This document shows, one piece after another, positions 9,719 through 19,047 of a stretch of DNA of 64,000 nt. The notes under the pieces were generated by a model. That model was given only the letters and a program-made list of their open reading frames with translations. It made no database searches and was not told where the DNA came from. How positions within the stretch are numbered: the first letter of the stretch is position 1; each line of letters begins with the position of its first letter. The stretch comes from Candidatus Magasanikiibacteriota bacterium (GTDB taxonomy: Bacteria; Patescibacteriota; Patescibacteriia; Magasanikbacterales; UBA922): assembly GCA_042218065.1 (NCBI GenBank), contig JBDGRL010000012.1, forward strand, positions 4,244-68,243. Direction: 5' to 3'. The translations under genes and the position numbers were made by a program.

Positions 9719-11131
9719 ATGACATATAATCCTACTAAAAATAGAGAAGCATCGGAACCGAACCATAATCAGACTAATTTAGAAAGATTTAAAGAAATTG
9801 CTGAGGAGAACCGTCATGAAGCCCACGAGAAGGCCCCTATTTTGGGGGAAGATTATCTACAGGCTCTCAATGAAGGATTTGAGTCGCAAGCAGATAGGGA
9901 GAGATTGGAACAACATATTGTAGTAAAATTGGGCAAGTGGTTTAAAAAAAGGGCCGAGGAGATGGAAAAAGATAATGAGGTGCCATTGTATTTTAGTCGT
10001 TTGTTAGAATCTGATCACCTTAAAAGATTTTTAGAAGAATCAGAAGATTATGAGAAGGGTGTGGATGCTGATGCTGCTTCAGAACTTTTTTCTCATTGTG
10101 TAGACTTGTTTTCGGGCTGTGGATATGATGATTCTATGGATGGTATACCTAATGATTTGTTAGAAGCTTTATTGCGAGCAAATAAGCAATATAAAACTGA
10201 GTTAAAAAAATATTTTGATGTGGGGGTGGATCAAGAAGCTAAAGATGATTTTCGTAACTTTTTCATCTCTCAAATTACAAAATTATCAGATAAGATAAAT
10301 TTAGCCGAACCTGTTCTACAAAAAATTAGAGAACGTCTTGAAGATATTATTTTTGATTTAGTGGGGGGATTAAGTGGAAGAAATGCCAGAGGGGCATCAT
10401 TTCGTTACTATCCAGAAGAGGATAGGGTAAAATTAACTCTAGATCAATTTAAGGGAGAGCACGACCCCCAAGAACAATGTGATTTAATTAAAAAAATAGC
10501 TGTACACGAAACCCTACATGCCGTGAGCTGTTTTTCTGCCAATAAAGAGAAGACAGACATAGAAAGTTTGGGTTCATGCAAGCTGGGTTTATTGTTTGAG
10601 AGTGATTGGCCGTCCGGAGGTCATAATCTGAATGAGGGGGTTACTGACTATCTTGCTATTCAATTTTTAGGACATGAAAGTAAAAGCATAAGATATTCAC
10701 CCGGTGATTATAAGGTTGGAATATATCAACCACAGATAGCAGCTGTTGAGGCAATTTTAGATGACATCCCTGAGGAAATTTTATTTGGTGCTTATTTTGA
10801 ATCTTATCAGAAATCGCAAGAAAATACAGCCGTAAAAACTAAAGAACTGTTAAGTCTGATGGAAGAAAAATATGGAGATAAAGATTTCTTCTTTGTGTTA
10901 GATGAATCTTTGAGGTATTTGGATCCGCAACATTTTAACCAAAAGAAGCAAGCAAAGAAACTTATAGCAGCTCTAAAAAAGGAAATTCAAAGGAATCAAG
11001 GAGTTTCCGATATACTAGACTCCCATAAGCTCAATAAAGATATGATAGCCAAAGTTCTAGAAAAACATGTTTCATCTCAGGGTGAAGGGTCTGTGAAGAG
11101 TTGGTTTTACAGTGCTGAGAATATAGACTAA
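9719..11131 (+). CDS. Hypothetical protein with a zincin-like HExxH motif
   Basis: 470 aa. It has AVHETLHAV (HExxH) followed about 40 aa later by LNEGVTDYLA, a gluzincin-like third ligand. I recognise nothing else in it. Confidence 0.6.
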   Translation: MTYNPTKNREASEPNHNQTNLERFKEIAEENRHEAHEKAPILGEDYLQALNEGFESQADRERLEQHIVVKLGKWFKKRAEEMEKDNEVPLYFSRLLESDHLKRFLEESEDYEKGVDADAASELFSHCVDLFSGCGYDDSMDGIPNDLLEALLRANKQYKTELKKYFDVGVDQEAKDDFRNFFISQITKLSDKINLAEPVLQKIRERLEDIIFDLVGGLSGRNARGASFRYYPEEDRVKLTLDQFKGEHDPQEQCDLIKKIAVHETLHAVSCFSANKEKTDIESLGSCKLGLLFESDWPSGGHNLNEGVTDYLAIQFLGHESKSIRYSPGDYKVGIYQPQIAAVEAILDDIPEEILFGAYFESYQKSQENTAVKTKELLSLMEEKYGDKDFFFVLDESLRYLDPQHFNQKKQAKKLIAALKKEIQRNQGVSDILDSHKLNKDMIAKVLEKHVSSQGEGSVKSWFYSAENID

Positions 11132-11347
11132 TACGTTGATGTAATTAATTTATAAGTAGAGAAAAAGCACTAATTAGAAAAGACAATAATTAATCATGCC
11201 ATCGAATTTTTGAATTATCGCACCCCTAAGTTTTTTGCTACCACCTCTTCATCAGAAATAATCGATCATCTTACTGGACGACAATATACTCATATATTTT
11301 AGAGTTTATTTTTTAATATGATAATATAAGAATATAACTTTTTATCA

Positions 11348-11716
11348 ATGAAACAAGCAACCTTAATTTACGATGGTGATTGTGGTTTTTGTGAGTATTG
11401 GGTGCAAAGATGGAAGCAAACTACGGGAGATGAGGTAGAGTATAAAGCTTATCAGCAATCTCTATCCGAGTTTGAAAATCTATCTAAAGAAGAATGTGAG
11501 CGCGCTGTACAGCTTATAACCTCAGGTGGAGAAAAATTTAGTGCGGCCGAAGCCGTGTTTGAGACCCTGGCAATTGGCGGTAATACTAAATGGAGGTGGG
11601 TCTATAATAACATACCTTTTGTTAGTTATTTATTTGAGTTTAGCTATAAAATAATAGCACATAATAGGTCTTTCTTTTTTAAGTTGACAAAGATATTTTT
11701 TGATGAAAACGATTAA
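11348..11716 (+). CDS. DCC-family thiol-disulfide oxidoreductase (DUF393)
   Basis: 122 aa. The N-terminal YDGDCGFCEYWV motif is characteristic of the DCC1-like family. Confidence 0.75.
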   Translation: MKQATLIYDGDCGFCEYWVQRWKQTTGDEVEYKAYQQSLSEFENLSKEECERAVQLITSGGEKFSAAEAVFETLAIGGNTKWRWVYNNIPFVSYLFEFSYKIIAHNRSFFFKLTKIFFDEND

Positions 11717-12365
11717 AAACTTTTTTACAACTTATCGCAAGGAAATACTTCTGCTTTTGTTGTTTTTATCCTTAAATTTGCTTGCTTTCATTTTTTACAG
11801 CAATGTACATATACTCCAATTTGAACAAAATATAGTACAAGCTAATCAAGAGAATCTTGGTAATATAACCACTGTGACAATATTTGCCGGTGGTATGAAA
11901 AAAAGAGGAGTGATGACCGAACACCAACGAGACAGGGTAATAAAAGGGGTCAGGGTCTATAAGAGTATAGATGATGTAAAACAGATCTTAATTACAGGTG
12001 ATGATGGAAAAAGGAGGATAAATGAAGTCGATGCCATGAAGGCTCTGGCTAAAAAAATGGGCGTAAAATCAGAAGATATTATCGTCGATCCCCACGGATA
12101 TGGTACTTATGAAAGTTGTCATAGAGCTAATAATGTCTTTGGAATAGATAAGATGGCCGCAGTATCACAAAACTACCACCTTTCTCGTATAGCTTATATT
12201 TGTTCTAATTTTGGTATTAAAACCTTAGGAGTATCAGCAAACTTAAGCGATTATGAAACTACAGGTGGTATTAGAGAAGTGTTAGCTAGAGCTAAAGCAG
12301 TATGGCAGACTGAAGTTACTAGACCTCATCCGAGGTATATGTGGGAGGTTTCTTTTGGATATTAA
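11703..12365 (+). CDS. SanA/YdcF (DUF218) family protein
   Basis: N-terminal TM segment. The motifs ILITGDDGKRRINEVDAMK...DPHGYGTYESC...VSQNYHLSRIAY match the SanA/DUF218 pattern. The first ATG is at 11703; the track starts at a TTG at 11700. Confidence 0.75.
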   Translation: MKTIKNFFTTYRKEILLLLLFLSLNLLAFIFYSNVHILQFEQNIVQANQENLGNITTVTIFAGGMKKRGVMTEHQRDRVIKGVRVYKSIDDVKQILITGDDGKRRINEVDAMKALAKKMGVKSEDIIVDPHGYGTYESCHRANNVFGIDKMAAVSQNYHLSRIAYICSNFGIKTLGVSANLSDYETTGGIREVLARAKAVWQTEVTRPHPRYMWEVSFGY

Positions 12366-12374
12366 TTTGAGCAC

Positions 12375-12815
12375 TTAAAAGTATTCTTTATCTTCTATAT
12401 CTTCTTTTCTTATACTGTGATTGCCCATTAGAACTACAAAACTTGATGCTAGTTTTGGGTTAAATTCAGTTATTACTTGGTCTAGTAGTTCAATAGCCTC
12501 TAGAACCTTACGACTTCTTTGTTTGCTGAATCCACTCCTTTTTTCTCTCCTGTCTTCTGTTGCATCTTTGAAACCCTTCAGTTCTCCAAAGAGCTCACTT
12601 TCATCCAGATCTATATCCCCCTTAAAGAACTCACGAAAATTAGCATTCCAAATATTTGGATGGATTGAAGCCCCTTTTTTGATCATGTCTTTTAGTTTGC
12701 TTTCTTTTTCTTGGCTTAGCTCTAAATCTTTAAAAAAATCTTGTACGCCTTCGCTCTCTAAATTGACAAATTCTGTCTTTTTATCTACTTCGTCTCTTCG
12801 TTCTCTTTCTATCAT
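12375..12815 (-). CDS. Hypothetical acidic protein
   Basis: 146 aa with ordinary composition. The overlapping plus-strand ORF 12421..12831 is S/L-rich and looks like antisense. Confidence 0.6.
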   Translation of the reverse strand: MIERERRDEVDKKTEFVNLESEGVQDFFKDLELSQEKESKLKDMIKKGASIHPNIWNANFREFFKGDIDLDESELFGELKGFKDATEDRREKRSGFSKQRSRKVLEAIELLDQVITEFNPKLASSFVVLMGNHSIRKEDIEDKEYF

Positions 12816-12831
12816 GATCCATCTTGGTTAG

Positions 12832-13293
12832 TTATTTTACTTTCACTTTCACATCATTACTATACTCAGTACATTCATTATTTTCTAGGATACAAATCCG
12901 AAAATGATAAGTTCCACTAGGGATGTTGATCCAAGTTATGCTTCGACGTGATCCAGGTTGTCTGAACCAATAGTTTTTTCCGTTGTGTACTGGATTTTTA
13001 TTTTCGTCTCTCACTATTACAAAACGATCAACCTCTTTTTCATCTCTTAACTTCCATTCAAAATGAACCTTACCTTCTCCGCGTGGTTCAGCTTCCAGTG
13101 ATAATTCGTGTTTCTTATCTTTGTCTTTATTCTTTTCCGTAGCTTTTTCAATATCTTTTTTAATTTGTTCTTCTACTTTAGAAACTTCTCTTTGGTTGTT
13201 TTGGTTTTGTTCTGTTCCGCAAGCTGCTCCCAAAAAAATCAAAGAAGAGGCTATTAAGGAACAAAAGAATACTTTTTTATCAAAAGAAGGCAT
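12832..13293 (-). CDS. Secreted or lipoprotein-like protein with a beta-sandwich-like C-terminus
   Basis: 153 aa. It has a signal peptide ending LGAACG, a K/E-rich linker and a beta-rich C-terminal half. Confidence 0.6.
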   Translation of the reverse strand: MPSFDKKVFFCSLIASSLIFLGAACGTEQNQNNQREVSKVEEQIKKDIEKATEKNKDKDKKHELSLEAEPRGEGKVHFEWKLRDEKEVDRFVIVRDENKNPVHNGKNYWFRQPGSRRSITWINIPSGTYHFRICILENNECTEYSNDVKVKVK

Positions 13294-13355
13294 ATATAAT
13301 TGTTAAAAGTTATCTTTAAAAATTATAACATTTACTTATATGTAGTACAAATTGA

Positions 13356-13384
13356 TTGACAGTACATTGATTTTGAGATATAAT
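13356..13384 (+). promoter_or_regulatory. Sigma70-like promoter upstream of uvrA
   Basis: TTGACA (13356-13361), a 17-nt spacer, then TATAAT (13379-13384). The leader contains a 7-bp hairpin, CCCCACC/GGTGGGG (13411-13433). Confidence 0.55.
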
Positions 13385-13461
13385 TCTTATTGGTTATTTG
13401 AACTTATCCACCCCACCTAAAATCTTGGTGGGGAAGACTATATTATGTAAATCAAAAAAAT

Positions 13462-16020
13462 ATGAAAAAAAAGATAAAAGTTGAAGGCGCAAATGAGCAT
13501 AACTTAAAAGATATAGATTTGGAGATCCCCAGAAACAAAATGATAGTAGTGACTGGCTTGTCTGGTTCAGGTAAGACATCTCTAGCTTTTGATACTATCT
13601 TTGCTGAAGGACAGAGAAGATATGTGGAGAGTTTGTCTGCTTATGCTAGGCAGTTTTTGGGTAGCATGCAGAAGCCGGATGTGGAAGAAATTAAGGGGTT
13701 GTCACCTGGTATATCTATAGACCAGAAATCCAGAGGAGCAAACCCTCGCTCTACTGTTGCAACTATAACCGATATTTATGATTATCTTCGAGTTTTGTTT
13801 GCTCGAGTAGGCACTCCTTATTCCCCGGAATCAGGTAAAGAACTGAAGAAGATGACGACGGATGAGATAACAGAAACTATTTTTGATAATATAGAAAAAA
13901 AGGAGGGGGAGCTGGTAGTATTAGCTCCTATTATCCAAGGTAGAAAGGGCGAGTATTATCAACTCATGTATGATTTATACAACGACGGCTTTTTGGAAGT
14001 GCGTGTAGACGATGAGTTTAGAAGTCTGAGAGAAAAAATAGTACTTGAAAAAAATAAAAAACACACGATTGAAGTAGTAATGGACCGAATCCAGATAGAT
14101 CCGGACCAGGATAAGGATAGTTATATAGAAAGAATAGCAGAAGCGGTAGAAGAAGGTGTGGACTTAGCAGAAGGAACTGTAAGTGTAATTTATAATAATG
14201 GAGAAGAGGAGAAATATAGTACAGAATATGTTTTACCAGAGCAAGGTACAGCATTTCCAGAGATAGAACCAAGACTTTTTAGTTTTAATAGCCCTTATGG
14301 TTATTGTGAAGCTTGTAGTGGTTTAGGTGTGAAACATAAAAAAAGTGAAAAGCTTTGTGAAAAATGTGAAGGCAAAAGATTAAATAAGTATTCTCTAAGC
14401 GTAAAGATAAAAGACAAAAATATTCATGAGCTGACTAAAATGCATATCGGTGACGCTTACGACTTTTTTGAAGATCTAGAAGAGAATTTGACTGAGAAAG
14501 AACTAGAGATTTCCAAAGCCGCACTTAGAGAAACCCGAAACCGTTTGAAGTTTATGAATGATGTCGGACTTCATTATTTAACTTTAGATAGAAAAGCAGG
14601 AACTCTCTCTGGTGGTGAGTCGCAAAGAATTAGGTTAGCATCTCAGGTAGGTCAGCAGTTAGTGGGAGCAATGTATGTGCTGGATGAGCCTACCATTGGT
14701 TTACATCAGAGAGATAATGCAAATTTGATCAAAACCTTAAGGGATCTGTGTGACGATGGTAATACTATAATTATCGTAGAGCATGATCAGGAAACTATTA
14801 CTAGCAGTGACTGGGTGGTGGACTTAGGTCCAGAAGCAGGAAAAAACGGAGGTGAAATAATGTTTTCTGGCCGAAAAGAGAAGCTGCTAAATCCAGGAAA
14901 AGAGGATTTGGATAATTTTGACTGTGAAACTCAGGGTAATCCGGATGAGTCTCTCACTGGAAAGTATTTACGAGGAGAAAAAGAGATTGAAAACCCCACC
15001 AATCAAAGAAAAGTGGACAGCGCTACTAATAAATTAACTATAAAAGGAGCAAAAGAAAATAATCTTAAAAATATTGATATAGAGATTCCACTGAGAAGAT
15101 TTGTTGGGCTTACGGGAGTTTCTGGCTCAGGAAAATCAACAGTAATGGAAAATATACTTCACCGAGCAGCAGCAAATGAACTACATGGGGCGGAACATAA
15201 AGTAGGGGGGCATGATGATATTATTGGTTTGGATCATGTCAGTAAAGTAAAAATGATTGATCAATCCGGCATAGGAAGAACACCTAGAAGTACTCCCGCA
15301 ACTTATACCAAAGCGTTTGATTATATAAGAGATTTATACGCCTCAATGACTGAGTCCAAAGTAAGAGGATATGATAAAGGTAGATTTAGTTTCAATAAAG
15401 AAGGTGGTAGATGTGAGAACTGTGGCGGTAAAGGACAAATTAAAGTGGAAATGCATTTTCTGCCCAGTGTAAGTATTACTTGTGATGTTTGTGGTGGTAC
15501 CAGATACAATAAAGAAACTCGACAAGTGCATTATAAGGATAAAAATATTGCTGAAGTGCTGGATATGACTGTAGCTGAGGCAGAGCAGTTTTTTAAAGAT
15601 ATACCAAAAATTAATGATCGGCTTAGTATCTTGAATGATGTAGGTCTTGATTATCTTACTCTTGGCCAGCCTTCACCCACACTTTCCGGTGGTGAGGCAC
15701 AAAGAATTAAATTAGCAAAAGAGTTAGCTAAAAGAAGAACTACTAAGGCACTTTATCTGTTGGATGAACCTACGACAGGACTTCACTACGAAGATGTAAA
15801 GAAGCTGATAAAAGTTTTACAGCAGTTAGTTTCTAAAGGGAATACGGTCATGGTTATTGAGCACAATTTGGAACTTATAAAGTGTACTGATTGGATTATA
15901 GATCTTGGTCCGGAAGGGGGTGAGAATGGTGGAGAAATAGTAAAAGCGGGTCCACCTGAGCGAATAGCTAGTTATGCTGATAGTTATACTGGTAATTATT
16001 TGCGGAAGCATATAAAATAA
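13462..16020 (+). CDS. uvrA: Excinuclease ABC subunit A (short form lacking the insertion domain)
   Basis: 852 aa. It has two ABC modules (GLSGSGKTS, GVSGSGKST; LSGGESQR, LSGGEAQR) and a C-terminal zinc module CENCGGKG...CDVCGG. Confidence 0.95.
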   Translation: MKKKIKVEGANEHNLKDIDLEIPRNKMIVVTGLSGSGKTSLAFDTIFAEGQRRYVESLSAYARQFLGSMQKPDVEEIKGLSPGISIDQKSRGANPRSTVATITDIYDYLRVLFARVGTPYSPESGKELKKMTTDEITETIFDNIEKKEGELVVLAPIIQGRKGEYYQLMYDLYNDGFLEVRVDDEFRSLREKIVLEKNKKHTIEVVMDRIQIDPDQDKDSYIERIAEAVEEGVDLAEGTVSVIYNNGEEEKYSTEYVLPEQGTAFPEIEPRLFSFNSPYGYCEACSGLGVKHKKSEKLCEKCEGKRLNKYSLSVKIKDKNIHELTKMHIGDAYDFFEDLEENLTEKELEISKAALRETRNRLKFMNDVGLHYLTLDRKAGTLSGGESQRIRLASQVGQQLVGAMYVLDEPTIGLHQRDNANLIKTLRDLCDDGNTIIIVEHDQETITSSDWVVDLGPEAGKNGGEIMFSGRKEKLLNPGKEDLDNFDCETQGNPDESLTGKYLRGEKEIENPTNQRKVDSATNKLTIKGAKENNLKNIDIEIPLRRFVGLTGVSGSGKSTVMENILHRAAANELHGAEHKVGGHDDIIGLDHVSKVKMIDQSGIGRTPRSTPATYTKAFDYIRDLYASMTESKVRGYDKGRFSFNKEGGRCENCGGKGQIKVEMHFLPSVSITCDVCGGTRYNKETRQVHYKDKNIAEVLDMTVAEAEQFFKDIPKINDRLSILNDVGLDYLTLGQPSPTLSGGEAQRIKLAKELAKRRTTKALYLLDEPTTGLHYEDVKKLIKVLQQLVSKGNTVMVIEHNLELIKCTDWIIDLGPEGGENGGEIVKAGPPERIASYADSYTGNYLRKHIK

Positions 16021-16032
16021 AATTTTATAGGG

Positions 16033-16061
16033 TTGACTTTTGTTTTGTTTTATGATTAAAT
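16033..16061 (+). promoter_or_regulatory. Sigma70-like promoter with extended -10
   Basis: TTGACT (16033-16038), a 17-nt spacer ending TGa, then TTAAAT (16056-16061). Downstream lie the leader hairpin GATCC/GGATC (16067-16082), the SD AAGGAGGG (16101-16108) and a GTG start at 16114. Confidence 0.45.
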
Positions 16062-16113
16062 AGTACGATCCTTTTTAGGATCATCAGTCGACTCGAACCA
16101 AAGGAGGGAACAA

Positions 16114-16707
16114 GTGACCAGGTGCTGCTTTTCTTCGTCGGTCTTAGAAAAAGCCAGTGAACTGTTGTCAATCAGTGAAAACGAGACAGTAGAGAAGCTT
16201 CTTGATTTACTACAAAAAGATGATTGTCTGTTATACGATTTAGAAGTTGATGATAATAGTACCTTGAAGTTTTATCAGCTTATGGATACTAACCATGTTT
16301 TAGTTCATAATGTAAGCGAGAATAGAGCAGATAGAGTATTGGAAAATTATTTGGGAAAGAGAAATGGGAATTATTTCTTTTTGAGTCTTCATGCAGTAGA
16401 AAGGTTTGAGCAGAGAATGCCCAGTGACTATTATGATGAAGATAACATTGTAGTTTCTTGCAAAGAGGCTTTTCAGGATTCTAGACTATATGTTAAAGAA
16501 AGGACTGAAGACTATGGAGGAGATGAGTATTGCTTTTATTCTGAAGGTGAGCCTGAATATATCTTCTTTGCTATTCCGGAGAAAGAGTACAAAGACTATT
16601 GTGGATTATGGGTAGTGACTACATTCATCCCAGAAGGGCTTTATGAGGAAAATTGTCTGAGGACTCGTAGAATTCCACTCAACAAGGAAGTAGCACTGTT
16701 TTGTTAA
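16114..16707 (+). CDS. Hypothetical protein
   Basis: 197 aa with a GTG start 5 nt after a strong SD. It has its own promoter and terminator. Confidence 0.7.
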   Translation: MTRCCFSSSVLEKASELLSISENETVEKLLDLLQKDDCLLYDLEVDDNSTLKFYQLMDTNHVLVHNVSENRADRVLENYLGKRNGNYFFLSLHAVERFEQRMPSDYYDEDNIVVSCKEAFQDSRLYVKERTEDYGGDEYCFYSEGEPEYIFFAIPEKEYKDYCGLWVVTTFIPEGLYEENCLRTRRIPLNKEVALFC

Positions 16708-16720
16708 GGAGTTGCTAGCA

Positions 16721-16755
16721 TAGGCCGAGGTCGACCCCTCGGCCTAAATTATTTA
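16721..16755 (+). terminator. Rho-independent terminator
   Basis: A perfect 10-bp stem TAGGCCGAGG/CCTCGGCCTA (16721-16746) with a 6-nt loop, followed by AATTATTTA. Confidence 0.6.
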
Positions 16756-16757
16756 TA

Positions 16758-18065
16758 ATGAAAAATAATATGAAGAATAAAAAGGAAGAAATTAAAAATT
16801 TACCAAATAAACCGGGAATTTATTTATTCTACAGTGATGGTGAGCTAATTTATGTGGGGAAAGCCTCTTCGTTGAAAAATAGGGTAAAAAGTTATTTTCA
16901 GCAATCAGACAAGAAAGAAAAAACGGCACGAGAGGTGATTAGACCAATCGAGGAGATGATAGAGCAAGTTGATGATATTGAATTTAAAGAAACGGATTCA
17001 GCCTTAGAAGCTATCATCTTGGAAGCTGAATATATTAAAAAGCATCAACCTAAATATAATGTATTGGGCAAAGATAATAAAAGCTGGAATTATATAGCAA
17101 TTACTGCGCATAAGTACCCTTCTGTAGATACGGTGAGACAGCATCAGTACAAAAACATGGAACCGGAGGAAAGAGAACAAAAATTTGAAGAGGTATTCGG
17201 GCCTTATCCAAAATTAAATACAAAAGCTACTTTAAAAATATTAAGAAAACTTTTTAATTATTCTACCTGCCAAACTAAAGATAGACCGGAAGGGAAACCC
17301 TGCCTTTATTATCAGATGGGAAAGTGTTTGGGTGTTTGCACCAATGAGATTTCACCGAAAGAATACCGGAATAAAGTGATTAAGCCCTTAAAGAAGTTTT
17401 TATCCGGGGAAAAGGATGAATTGATTGACCAGCTTAAGGAAACAATGAACAAAGCTTCCGAAAATAAGGATTATGAAGAGGCAGCTAGAATCAGAGATCA
17501 GATAGAGGCTTTAAATCATATTCATGACGTAGCCTTATTAAATGAAAGTTTTGTCGAAGATGCCTTATCAATAAATAAATTGAAAATTGGTAGAATTGAA
17601 GGGTATGATATTTCCAATCTGGGCAAAACGGGAGTAGTCGGCAGTTTGGTAGCATTTAAAAATGGTGAAGCTCAAAAAAATCAATATAGAAAGTTTAAAA
17701 TTAGGGATGTGGAAGGGCAAAGTGATGTAGATAGCCTCAAAGAAGTAATTTCCAGAAGAGTAAAATATCTGGGAGAGAAGACGGACTTTGCAAAAGAAGA
17801 TCCTGATTTAATATTAGTAGACGGAGGAAAAGCTCAGGTAAATGCGACTCGTGAAGTTTTAGCTCAAAAAGAGATAGAAATTCCGGTGTTGGGAATAGCT
17901 AAAGGTGAAAACCGAGATAAGAATGAATTAATAATCCATGATCTAAAACCGGAGCTTATAAAGTGGATTAAAGAAAACAAACAAACTCTGGTAGAAGTTA
18001 GAGATGAGGCGCATAGATTTGCTTTAAAATATCAGAAGAAAATAAGAGAGGATAAACTTGACTAA
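16758..18065 (+). CDS. uvrC: Excinuclease ABC subunit C (short form, no C-terminal HhH2)
   Basis: 435 aa. It has a GIY-YIG N-terminus (PGIYLFY...YVGKA...RV), a UVR motif (YEEAARIRDQIEAL) and an RNase H-like endonuclease region (EGYDISN...RDEAHRFA). Confidence 0.9.
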   Translation: MKNNMKNKKEEIKNLPNKPGIYLFYSDGELIYVGKASSLKNRVKSYFQQSDKKEKTAREVIRPIEEMIEQVDDIEFKETDSALEAIILEAEYIKKHQPKYNVLGKDNKSWNYIAITAHKYPSVDTVRQHQYKNMEPEEREQKFEEVFGPYPKLNTKATLKILRKLFNYSTCQTKDRPEGKPCLYYQMGKCLGVCTNEISPKEYRNKVIKPLKKFLSGEKDELIDQLKETMNKASENKDYEEAARIRDQIEALNHIHDVALLNESFVEDALSINKLKIGRIEGYDISNLGKTGVVGSLVAFKNGEAQKNQYRKFKIRDVEGQSDVDSLKEVISRRVKYLGEKTDFAKEDPDLILVDGGKAQVNATREVLAQKEIEIPVLGIAKGENRDKNELIIHDLKPELIKWIKENKQTLVEVRDEAHRFALKYQKKIREDKLD

Positions 18066-18068
18066 TAT

Positions 18069-18097
18069 TTGACAAAGAATAAATATTATGCTAAGTT
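18069..18097 (+). promoter_or_regulatory. Sigma70-like promoter with extended -10
   Basis: TTGACA (18069-18074), a 17-nt spacer ending TGc, then TAAGTT (18092-18097). The SD GGAGG lies at 18153-18157. Confidence 0.5.
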
Positions 18098-18163
18098 GTG
18101 GTGTCATTGCAAAAATCAATGACGCGCTCTTTGTTAATCATAACTCTATACCGGAGGTTTGAA

Positions 18164-18907
18164 ATGAATAAACCTTCGACGAGAAACCTAGAATCAGATC
18201 AGTTAATTTTAGAAAAACTGAAAATAGCGGAGCAAATTGCAAAAAGAGAAGGTGAGGACTTCGGAGAAATAAATAGCTTGATGAGCTGGGTTGAAAATGA
18301 ATATGCTCAAGAACTTACAAGGAGACTGCAGGTAAAAAAAGAAAGCATAAAAACCAGGCTGGAAAACGAAACCCCAGAAATTCGTCGGCAACTGGAAGAT
18401 TTTGAAAGAAGCATAAAAACAGACGAGTCAGTCAGTCAAGAAGTTGAAGACAAAGTTGATGCTATTGAGTGGAAATATGATATTAATGTTCCGGAATGGA
18501 TGAGAAATTCAGTGACCAGAGGAATACCAAGAACAGATTGGATCCGGGTATTCCTAATCTTTCTGTTCGGACGTAAGAGAAGCTTGCAGTCGGCGAAAAA
18601 AGAACTCCGTAGTGAAAGTCACAAGAAAGCAGTTGAAATGGCCGTCAAAAAAATATCTCTGGTTGATCGCTTGATTAATGCAAGTAAAGAGTTATACAAG
18701 TTCTATACAGGTTCTGATTTTGCCTACGGAGAGTTAAGACAAGAAAAAGACCGAGTTTGGAGTGAATTTATGTGGAGGGTGAAAAACTCGGAGGAAGAAT
18801 CACTCAAGAGACTACCCTCCAATAATGAATTTGTGAAATCTTTGATCGATGAGGCTGATTTGCCGGTTTATAAAGTAGATAAGCTACTGGAAGTCATGAG
18901 TAAATGA
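18164..18907 (+). CDS. Hypothetical protein
   Basis: I prefer the ATG at 18164 (MNKPSTRNLE...) because GGAGG lies 6 nt upstream. The track start at 18098 sits at or just past the -10 box (18092-18097) of the predicted promoter. Confidence 0.7.
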   Translation: MNKPSTRNLESDQLILEKLKIAEQIAKREGEDFGEINSLMSWVENEYAQELTRRLQVKKESIKTRLENETPEIRRQLEDFERSIKTDESVSQEVEDKVDAIEWKYDINVPEWMRNSVTRGIPRTDWIRVFLIFLFGRKRSLQSAKKELRSESHKKAVEMAVKKISLVDRLINASKELYKFYTGSDFAYGELRQEKDRVWSEFMWRVKNSEEESLKRLPSNNEFVKSLIDEADLPVYKVDKLLEVMSK

Positions 18908-18926
18908 CACTAATTATAGGGGGGAG

Positions 18927-18960
18927 CGGAGCGGCGTCAGCTGCTCCGTCTTTTTATTTT
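18927..18960 (+). terminator. Rho-independent terminator
   Basis: A 9-bp stem CGGAGCGGC/GCTGCTCCG with a GTCA tetraloop (18927-18948), followed by TCTTTTTATTTT. Confidence 0.7.
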
Positions 18961-18996
18961 TCTGCCGAGTTGTGGATAACTTGGGAAATTATAGTT

Positions 18997-19047
18997 TGCA
19001 TTGAATATAAATGTGGTATATAATGGAATCAAGTGGGTTAAAGTGGG
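18997..19047 (+). promoter_or_regulatory. mraZ promoter overlapped by 10-bp-periodic MraZ-box-like direct repeats
   Basis: TTGCAT (18997-19002), a 16-nt spacer, then TATAAT (19019-19024). Repeats aaTGTGGtat (19011), taaTGGaatc (19021), aaGTGGGtta (19031) and aaGTGGGaga (19041) recur at exact 10-nt spacing. Confidence 0.55.

Noticed and set aside
12421-12831. A 136-aa plus-strand ORF lies opposite 12375..12815(-).
   Set aside because: Its S/L-rich, low-complexity translation is typical of the antisense strand of an E/K-rich gene. The minus-strand product has balanced composition and a start next to an upstream gene boundary.
16085-16092. The palindromic 8-mer CAGTCGAC occurs in two 5' leaders (16085-92 and 30433-40), each about 20 nt upstream of the start codon, and might be a shared operator.
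   Set aside because: There are only two occurrences. GTCGAC also occurs in unrelated places (16731, 24269), and by a rough estimate about 6 copies of that hexamer are expected in 64 kb at this composition. The evidence is insufficient.
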